From Anthoceros angustus (lineage: Eukaryota > Plantae > Anthocerotophyta): a stretch of 8,022 bases of DNA. The position numbers were made by a program, and so were the translations under genes. The stretch spans positions 1-8,022 of the forward strand of contig VJWM01000431.1 of assembly GCA_010909165.1 (NCBI GenBank), given 5' to 3'. This document shows positions 1-8,022 of the stretch, piece by piece (positions within the stretch are counted from its first letter, which is position 1; each line of letters starts with the position of its first letter). A model generated the notes under the pieces. That model searched no databases. It was not told the DNA's origin and saw only the letters and a list, made by a program, of their open reading frames with translations.

Positions 1-895
<895 letters not shown>

Positions 896-1562
896 TCAAC
901 CTTTCTGCTTCCTATCACCGACATGGACAATTTAAACACTATGTGCTTTTAAGAACGCACGACTGCACCATGTGTTTAATACGTTAGTAGGACATCCTGT
1001 GCTTGGCGTAACCAGTCATTTGTGGATTGATGACGATGTCCTCTCCGCAGCAACTTGTGGAATAGGGGGTTCTCTGGGACAGGTAATCGCGGAGTTCAGG
1101 TCGGACCCTACCCGGTAGAAGCATCAAAAGACTTGAGCAGCACGCCAGATATGCATAGCTGATCTGGAATGCTTATTAGCACCAGGCAATCTGGGCAGCT
1201 TGTCTTTAATTACAAAGGCTCCACACGTATAAAATCAGAAACAAAGTGTGCTATACCTATGAGAAACAAGTTGGCCTGGAGCTGACTGCAGCAGCTGACT
1301 AGAGGTTGCTGCCGCCACAAAAGCTGAAATGCAAAGCTCTAATATTAACTGCCGCACACATATTGTACAAAGAGCAAATTGAATCAATTTGGATGAAAGA
1401 ATGTCCGAGCGGGCAAGCAAACCTGCAGTGAACAAAAGGACGAGTGTTAGCTTCGACTTCGCATCACCCACAAGACCCATCCCAACAGGCTCACTACTAA
1501 CCGCTTGTTTTAATGACTCATAACATAGATTGATATTAGAAGACAGCAACCAGCCGCTCCAG

Positions 1563-3418
1563 CTACCCATCCATCGGAACGGTACCAAAAATACGATCCC
1601 ACAAGGGAGATGTAATCCCGAATCCATCAGTCTGCACTTTGAAATGGTGATTCAAGTGGTACCTCTGACAGCAGAAGAAACCATCTTCGATTAGTTAGCT
1701 GAGAGATAGGCCTGAACACTTCCGGTCAGATGGACAAAAACAAAGTCATCCTTTATGTACCTTCAGTTTTTGGAGTTACTGAACGGTGCTCCATGATGGT
1801 GGAAATAATGGGTAACATCTGTACACGACATATCCCAGCAGTCCTCCTCCAAACACTGATGGAACAGCAGTATATGGACACACTGCTTTCAAGATGCCCC
1901 AAAACTGGCATATTCAACAGATTCAGTATACACTAGAGTCATATAAGCTGCTGTGAGCTTTGATTCCACCACTTCCAGAGCATACAACCAGAAAAGAGCA
2001 AACATGCACGGCGGATTTGAAGGTGTGCCGTTTGTTCCATACCACAGCACAGAAGAGAGATGTAAATACTGGTGGAAATACAAGACGGTAGCCATCCATG
2101 GGGTGCTTATGATGTATGAAGATAGTGCAAAGTGTTTCCTGTCAGCAGGAACAAATGTGATACCGGTGTGGTGTTCATAGAAAGGTCAGACAAATCTGAT
2201 TAGGAGAGCCGAAGTGCCTTACCAATAAGTAGTCGTCTTGATATGGAAAAGGAACGTGTAAGCTGTACTCCAGAAACGACCACAGTAGAACGCCTAAAAA
2301 AATGTGCCTGGGAGAGTTGACAACGTGAGGCCTCTTTGGAGGCTAGACGTTGCGTGAATAGAACTACTGGCAACCAGACAATTGGTATTATCCACCACAC
2401 TGTCCGTGTGAAGTACTGCAACAATGAGGACATCATCATCATAAGTGATGTATGTGTGTCCAAAATGCGTTCCAAAACACATCACGGAAGTGAAAGGTTC
2501 CACAGTGAACCAGGTAACCCACCTCACAGAAATCACTAGCAAAGAATCGTGGACTCTCTTGGAAACAATCGGTTGATGCACTGATATAATCTTCACCAAG
2601 GTGCCCAACCTAGTGAAAAATATCTGGTGTTAGCCACTGGAACTATCTGTCAGTTGCAGCAAGCGGCTGGCCATCCCGTTCGAAAAGAACATATACCTGG
2701 AACACAAGAGGTTTGTTGAGATCGACCGTGAAGCTCTTGGGTTTTGATTTGCCATTTGGGACTGCATCATTTGGCCTGAAACTGCAAAAAAAAAACGATA
2801 CATGCGTTCAATCCTATGTACCAGTGGACGCAGCTGTGCCCTGGAGTCGTTCACTACCTGCTGCTGTGAACGACTCCACCAACATAGAACTGCTGCAACA
2901 TGTCGAAAGCAGCTTGGCTGTGAGAATGGGCATCCAGGGTGCCCACCTTCATCAACTCGCCCACATCTTTCCCTTGCAGACTTTCCAAGATCACCTATCA
3001 CAGACAGATGCGAATCCCAGATCACAGAGCGGAACCCAGCGAAACTAATGCAGTCATGAGCTACAACACATGCCGCTGCGCATAGCAATGCTCGTTTGTC
3101 CTCGGGCATTCCGCAGACCCAAAACCACCACCTCCCAGATCGACATTCTCAGACCACGTTAGATACCTCTGGACCGCCTGGATGGTTGTGAAGAAAATCT
3201 GTAACATCATAAGCCTTTCCGAACACCGGGATCCAGGCATCTTCCTCCGTCCGATGCCTGGCAACCCTCCATGGAAAACATTTTCAGCTGCGAACGCGAC
3301 TCAGCTGATGCTCCATTTTGCCCCACATCTGCGGCAATGTCCGAGACCACTGCCGCACCTGCAGCGCGCCGCAGGCATCGTCGGGGATGCGAGCCGCGAG
3401 GGGCCGGTTGCGGAGCAT
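1563..3418 (-). CDS. FAH1: Sphingolipid (ceramide) fatty-acid 2-hydroxylase with fused N-terminal cytochrome b5 domain (Scs7/FA2H architecture); about 11 apparent indels
   Basis: Exons: (start at 3418 or 3281)-3167, 2994-2858, 2781-2697, 2609-2523, 2415-2223, 2138-2043, 1904-1761, 1664-1563 (TAG), all with GT-AG introns of 76-172 nt. Recognisable FAH peptides: FTVDLNKPLVFQ|VGHLGEDY..HQPIVSKESPRFFASDFCE|YFTRTVWWIIPIVWLPVV..LEYSLHRFLFHIKTTTYW|.NTLHYL..HHKHPMDGYRLVFPP..|FWGILKAV..FGGGLLGYVVYDVTHYFHHHG..|RYHLNHHFKVQTDGFGITSPLWDRIFGTVP. All four His-box regions are present; the second is damaged. The start codon is uncertain, and the symbol names the family rather than proving orthology to FAH1 versus FAH2. 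Confidence 0.9.
2842..2878. repeat. Perfect 13-bp inverted repeat with an 11-nt loop, spanning the FAH exon 2/intron 2 splice donor
   Basis: TGGAGTCGTTCAC (2842-2854) and GTGAACGACTCCA (2866-2878) are exact reverse complements. On the - strand the loop reads AGCAGCAG|GTA. Confidence 0.9.
2858..3281 (-). other. Cytochrome b5 heme-binding domain (two exons) at the N-terminus of the FAH gene
   Basis: MFSME(E)VARHRTEEDAWIPVFGKAYDVTDFLHNHPGGPE|VILESLQGKDVGELMKVGTLDAHSHSQAAFDMLQQFYVG. HPGG is at 3184-3173 and the second His-ligand region HSHS at 2928-2917. The intron 3166-2995 is phase 0. One 2-nt gap at about 3266 (GAGG read where GAGGAG is expected). Confidence 0.9.
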
Positions 3419-3671
3419 GGCAGATCAAGCGCGAAGGCCCCCAGCTCTGCGGCAATCCTGACTGCTTTCAAACGGGCTCCAGTCTTCCTATAGGGTCGCC
3501 CGTTAGTAGTCAGGTTCCCCCGCCGTACCGGGAACCGGTAACCAGGCCGTCAGCCGGTTGGCGGGTTCTCATTCTCAAGGCTTCCCCGCGCGGCGTGGAC
3601 GCGCGTAATCGCGGAGGCGAGGGCGGCGTCGTCGTCTTCGGAGCTTGCGATTCGTTGACAAGGCGAGAGAG
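3419..3671. promoter_or_regulatory. Probable shared (bidirectional) promoter/5'-UTR region between FAH and RAR1
   Basis: About 250 nt of GC-rich sequence separates the divergent candidate starts of FAH (3418) and RAR1 (3672). Inferred from position only; no specific cis-element identified. Confidence 0.45.
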
Positions 3672-4979
3672 ATGTCTGTGACGCGGGTGAGATGCCAGCG
3701 GATAGGATGCGATGCCATGTTCTTGCCGGAGGAGAACGAGGACGATTCTGCTTGCATCTATCACCCCGGGGTATGTGCTGATGTGATCCCTTGGAGCAAG
3801 CTTCCATGGCAATTTGGAGTTGTAGATCTAAGAGGCCGCTAGGAAGTGAGTCCGGTTCGTCATGTTTTAGACGGATTTTAGCCTTGAACGGGACCAGCAG
3901 CAACAGTGCAAAATTTCGGTTAATTGGACATGCTGCAAGGCTGACAGATTATGTCTGGTGCTTCTGGGATGGGATTTGCGGGCTGGATTTTTCCGCTGCT
4001 ATCTCTGCTACATAGCCGGTGAGTTTCAGTTTGGTTTGCATGTTCTTGCAATTTGAGGATAGTGATGTCTTGAGCGTCAGTCTGACAGCCGACTTGTAAC
4101 CTCTCAGCCCTTGTTTCATGACGGCGGGAAGGAATGGGCTTGCTGCAAACAGCGGAGCCACGATTTCAGTTTGTTCCTGGAGCTCCAGGGTAATGCTGGT
4201 CGCAGTCGGAGAAAATTAGGGCATTCAGTTGTTGTGCTCAGCTGAGTAGGTGCTTGCTTGAATTTTCCCTGTCCCGCCAAAAAAATGCTGAGGAGTTTTA
4301 GCTGCCTTTGCCTTGCAGGTGCAAAAAGGGGAAGCATACTACTGAAAAGCCTGTGTTAGCAACAAAGGCAAAACCCGCCCCCAAGCCAGTTGCAGCGCCA
4401 GTAAGCAAGGAGGCATGCTCTAGATGTAAACAGGGATTCTTCTGCGCAGATCATGGTGAGCCTCCTTTCAGCTTATGGCACCTTCCGTTGGATGCAAGAT
4501 AGCTAGCTGCTTGGATATTCCAATAGTGACTCGCATGTGTAAATGGTGTGCTGCAGGAACCCCTGCAAAACCTCTAGCAACGACAAACTCTTCTCGACTT
4601 TCAGCCAGTACTCCTGTGCAGGTTCCCACACCAGCAGCTGCCCCTCCCAAAATTCTGGACCTTGATGCCAAACAGCAGTGCAAACATCATGGCTGCGGTA
4701 GCACATTCACTGAAAGGGAGAATCATGACACTGCTTGTCACTACCATCCTGGTCCTCCAGTTTTCCACGATAGATCCAGAGGAGTAAGTGGTCGTCTCAC
4801 TCCACCTGCTCATGTACACTTTCGCGCTTATACGATTCTTGCAATGCTCACCTTGGCTGTGTTTGCTGGTCGTTGGCATGCTGTGATGTTCATGTCAAGG
4901 AGTTCGACGAGTTCATGGCTATTCCTCCCTGTGCAAAGGGTTGGCACTTGATGACCAGTTGTTTTCCCGCGCATCCTAA
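3672..4979 (+). CDS. RAR1: RAR1 CHORD-domain HSP90/SGT1 co-chaperone (5 exons, apparent frameshifts, damaged last acceptor)
   Basis: Exons 3672-3770, 4108-4189, 4319-4455, 4557-4783 and about 4873-4979. CHORD-I: CQRIGCDAMF..SACIYHPG|PLFHDGGKEWACCKQRSHDFSLFLEL(P)G|CKKGKH. Plant-type CCCH linker: CSRCKQGFFCADH. CHORD-II: CKHHGCGSTFTERENHDTACHYHPGPPVFHDRSRG|.ACCDVHVKEFDEFMAIPPCAKGWH. One C is missing at 4185-4186, judged from exon phase. The stop at 4979 assumes one more indel near 4948; uncorrected, the frame runs to 5091. Confidence 0.93.
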
Positions 4980-5319
4980 TTGTTTTCGCAAACGACATCG
5001 TTTTCAGCCAGCTGGCATGAATCTGCTTCTGAAAATGTCGTCCCGAACCAGTCGTCCAGTGCCGGTTCTGCCTGTCGGTGTTTTATTCTAGCAATTGTGC
5101 AGTGGGATCCAAATTGATCTTCGCAGAAACGACTTCGGAAGTTGAAACGTGTAGTGCAACCTTTGTGTTATTGGTTGGATAAATGTGTCCGTTCGTCCAT
5201 CGGTCGCGCCAACATGTGCCCTAGTCTCTGTCTGTCTTATCTACCCTCCTTCGCAACTGCATGTTTTTTTCGGAAGCACTCGTCTGCTGTGCTGTGACTA
5301 CCCCTCTGCTTGTGGCCAG

Positions 5320-5488
5320 GTAAGCGGAGAAGACGAATACCACCACGCTTCATGCTTGCTGAGTTCCCCCAGTCTCCATCCTTGTTGTATCTTGCACCAC
5401 ATGCATTGCGCAGATGTAACCCTTTGCATGTCGGAATTCCATCATGTTTGTATGTGGGATGGGTTGAATCGAAGTGTGAATTTCGCAG
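5320..5488 (+). other. Probable 5'-UTR intron of ClpS1
   Basis: CAG|GTAAGC donor at 5320 and TTTCGCAG| acceptor at 5488, 64 nt upstream of the ATG at 5552. Supported by splice consensus only. Confidence 0.5.
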
Positions 5489-5551
5489 ATCAGGGACGAG
5501 CATCTGTTGAATTGTCGAGAATCGCGCTGGTCCACGTGTGCTGCCCGACGA

Positions 5552-6219
5552 ATGGCTTGCGCTCTGCAGCTGTTAGTGCTGCCGCCCGGCCGGTATCTGT
5601 CTGATCATGGCGGTGAGATCAAGTTGTTGTGCTTTTCTGTTCCGCATTCCGTCCGCCGTGTTTGAGAACTGGAATTCCCGACACCCAGCTGAAGAATCTG
5701 GATAGGGTCTTTTTAAATGGAGGAGTACATTGCAGGCTTGGATGCACGGGGAAACGTTCGTTGGACTCCATGCCGAGCTGGTGTCCGCAATCTGCGGGCT
5801 GCACTGCACTTCTGGGGCTTGCTCGAGAAACCCACTATAGAGAGAACCACCCCGGTCGTGAGTCGGAGTTCGATCTGCGGTAGGCTGTCTTGTCTTAAGT
5901 TAGAGCTTCTTGCCGCAATCTTGTGCCTATGCTCCTTATGCTGCGCATGTCTCGTTGCAGAAAGTCTCGCAAATGTCTCCTCCTTACCGAGTGATGCTTC
6001 ACAACGACAACTTCAACAAGAGGGAGTATGTCGTCCAAGTGCTGATGAAAGTTATACCAGGGATGACGGTTGACAATGCTGTAAACATCATGCAAGAGGC
6101 TCACGTGAATGGGCTGGCAGTGGTGATCATTTGTGGACAGGCTGATGCAGAGGAGCACTGTTTGCAGTTAAGGGAAATGGTCTTTACAGCTCTGTCGAAC
6201 CAGCCAATGGAGGTGCTAG
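5552..6219 (+). CDS. CLPS1: Chloroplast ATP-dependent Clp protease adaptor ClpS1 (3 exons, four apparent single-base deletions)
   Basis: Exons 5552-5612, 5736-5879 and 5961-6219. After a putative transit peptide: GLLEKPTIERTT(P)GRESEFDLR|KSRK(M)SPPYRVMLHNDNFNKREYVVQVLMKVIPGMTVDNAVNIMQEAHVNGLAVVIICGQADAEEHCLQLR(G)NGLYSSVEPANGG(C)*, nearly identical to plant ClpS1 as I recall it. Bases appear missing in C4 (5850-5853), A3 (5971-5973), G3 (6172-6174) and T (6214). Exon 1 is less certain than the rest. Confidence 0.93.
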
Positions 6220-6899
6220 TACCAGGCATCATGACGTCTTGTGATTCAATTTATAGCTGTCCCTCAGCAATGTATACTATTAAGCACAGACTCTGGAGGG
6301 CATGGTGGAGCTTTCACCACCACATGACGCGACTCACCAAACTACGCGGTACACATTGAACTGCATGTATATACGTAAGTGCCAACCCTTACTGTACTCT
6401 ACAATTTTAGGTCTACACGCAGTGTGTCGTATGCAAACCCTGCACACTCTGCTTTGCAAGGCTACAAGCTGGGACCGGCGAACGACTTCCTTCTGTCTGC
6501 TCTATCTGCCATTTTGTTGCACGGCTTTGAGCAAGACAAGTATTCTGTAGAAAATGCGTCCAACAAGCTGCTGAGCCCCTAAAGCAGGGTGGCATTGCAG
6601 TCCATGACAAACTTTTGGACGGGTAGACGGTAAAATGTGGCGGCAGTCAGTTGTAGAGTTGGGTTATTGTATAGCTTTTCCTGACTGAGTTCATACGTAT
6701 CTCTGAGTACCTCGTACTTCCTACATGGAAAGGTTGGGAACAACCACCGTGCTTATGTCTGCAGTATTTGGTTGTTTCTCTGGTGCAATGCACGCAGCGC
6801 AGCGATATTTTTAGCAATGTCTTAGAACTTTTGTACACTGCGATCTTATGTTAGTGCAAACCGATATTAGGCACTGATCAAACGGCCATAGGAGTCTTG

Positions 6900-7080
6900 G
6901 CTTAGAGCATATGGAGAAGTTTTGTGGCAGTCTGTAGTTCAGAGGTCATGCATCTGGAGACCTCTTGTAGCTGTCTTTGTCCAGTGCAGACATTATGCCT
7001 CTGCAGCTGTCTTGGAACAGCCTTTGGTTCAGACCTTATTTGGAAACGTCTGGTTACGGTATCTGGCTCAGAGCTTATGG
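6900..7080. repeat. Highly degenerate minisatellite: five copies of a 15-bp motif at roughly 40-bp spacing
   Basis: GCTTAGAGCATATGG (6900), GTTCAGAGGTCATGC (6937), GTGCAGACATTATGC (6984), GTTCAGACCTTATTT (7027), GCTCAGAGCTTATGG (7066). G1, AGA at positions 5-7 and AT at 12-13 are invariant. Spacings are 37, 47, 43 and 39. Confidence 0.55.
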
Positions 7081-7252
7081 TACAGTCTCTTTTGACCATT
7101 CCAGTCATATTTTTTTATATTTTTTGTAGTTTAGTCTTTTAGTGGTTGATAGTGTCCGATACTTTCTGTGGAGGACAATGTCTATGTCTCGGACCAAGAA
7201 CATTTGTCTGTCGGACAGCAAAAGTGTAAACAGAGGCACAGCCAGCCCATGC

Positions 7253-7420
7253 CACATTGCACGACCCGCCACTGTTCCGCATCGCACGACATGGCACTTT
7301 TCCACATCGCACGATCCAGCACTGGTTCACATCGCACGACCTTCTGCACCGTTTCACATCGCACGATCTTTGGCTGTGTTTCACATCGCACGATCTTGGG
7401 GCTGTACTTCACATCGCACG
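7253..7420. repeat. Tandem array of seven CACATCGCACG cores with variable 14-17 nt linkers
   Basis: Cores start at 7253 (CACATTGCACG), 7278 (CGCATCGCACG), 7303, 7328, 7355, 7382 and 7410 (exact). Periods are 25, 25, 25, 27, 27 and 28. Confidence 0.93.
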
Positions 7421-7642
7421 GGCTTCTGCCCGTTTCTGGCACAAACCATTCCCTTGGGAATCCTAGGCCTACAGCGACATTGAGGGTGAATGTGGACCTC
7501 ACGGTGTCCCTAGACACAAGGTTACACTCACACCTCCTCTCCTCGGGACTATGTAGGCCTCGTAACTGCAGCCATAGCATGTCTGGGCCACAGGAGGAGG
7601 GTTCTACTCCACTCACCGTGATCCCTAACATATATGTTGCAG

Positions 7643-8022
7643 GCTCTTCTGGTCATATGACCCAAAGCCTATTACTCCGTGCTACGAGGAGGTCGGATGC
7701 GCTATTATAGCACCAAGACTACAACAACCTTATCTACCATATTGAGAACTACCCTCACAGTTTGAAGTCCTTTTCAAGCTCAAGGACCGTGGCAGTATTT
7801 GGATTGGACTTGGACTTAGGACTATGAGAGTGCCTTCCTAAAGTTGGCGCACTATTTCATAGACACTCACTCGATGGTCGGCCTTGGGTCCTAATGATTC
7901 GCGAGCTTGCATGGTGGGCGCTTGCCTTGAGGACTTTAAGTTGTGGATGGCCAAATTTCATGCGGATAGGTGAACTCACAAGTTGGATGGTCGCCCATAT
8001 GTTTTCGTCCCGTTCTTGGATT
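7643..8022 (+). other. Unidentified, possibly decayed coding or transposon-derived sequence
   Basis: Follows a CTAAC...TTGCAG branch-point/acceptor-like signal (7625-7642). Short protein-like stretches occur in shifting frames with an in-frame TGA. No family recognised. Confidence 0.2.

Noticed and set aside
1375-1391. Quasi-palindrome CAAATTGA-A-TCAATTTG
   Set aside because: It has only 8-bp AT-rich arms, within chance expectation, and no supporting context.
1235-1627. 130-aa minus-strand ORF
   Set aside because: It overlaps the last FAH exon out of frame and continues into the presumed 3' UTR. No recognisable motif.
2753-2770. ATGs (MMQSQMANQ) just before FTVDLNKP as the start of a b5-less FAH
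   Set aside because: They are out of frame with the hydroxylase, whereas the splice from the b5 exon is in frame with no correction needed.
3233-3261. 9-bp inverted repeat CCAGGCATC/GATGCCTGG in the b5 exon
   Set aside because: A 9-bp stem with a short loop is expected by chance about once in a window this size, and both arms are constrained by coding sequence.
4063-4085. C/D-box-like words (GTGATG...CTGA) in RAR1 intron 1 as a snoRNA
   Set aside because: The C box is imperfect and only about 20 nt from the D box, too short for a C/D snoRNA.
7253-7420. CRISPR-like repeat-spacer appearance
   Set aside because: The 11-bp repeats and 14-17 nt spacers are far too short, the spacers resemble each other, there are no cas genes, and the context is an intron-containing eukaryotic locus.
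7168-7710. Long overlapping ORFs 7168-7710 (+) and 7182-7631 (-)
   Set aside because: They run through the repeat array, whose units shift frame. They have no recognisable domain and are probably open by chance.

Overview
Gene-dense nuclear DNA from a land plant. Short GT-AG introns and four genes in about 6.2 kb suggest a compact seedless-plant genome such as a hornwort or lycophyte (inference). Spliced genes, reconstructed by hand: (1) ALKBH2-type AlkB DNA-repair dioxygenase (- strand, runs off the left edge) whose probable first exon starts with a PIP-box-like motif; (2) a sphingolipid fatty-acid 2-hydroxylase (FAH, - strand, 8 exons) with an in-frame N-terminal cytochrome b5 domain, like yeast Scs7 and animal FA2H but unlike Arabidopsis FAH1/FAH2; (3) RAR1 (CHORD-CCCH-CHORD, + strand), head-to-head with FAH; (4) chloroplast ClpS1 (+ strand). 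All four contain small frameshifting indels, mostly one-base contractions of homopolymers, which points to unpolished long-read consensus errors rather than four pseudogenes. The ORF track therefore shows only fragments. The most unusual signals are the b5-FAH fusion and a perfect 13-bp inverted repeat whose loop holds the splice donor that joins the b5 domain to the hydroxylase. The last 1.1 kb holds two degenerate minisatellite arrays and unidentified, possibly transposon-derived sequence. I found no CRISPR array, RNA gene or clearly novel multi-gene system. Homolog comparisons are from memory, not from a search.
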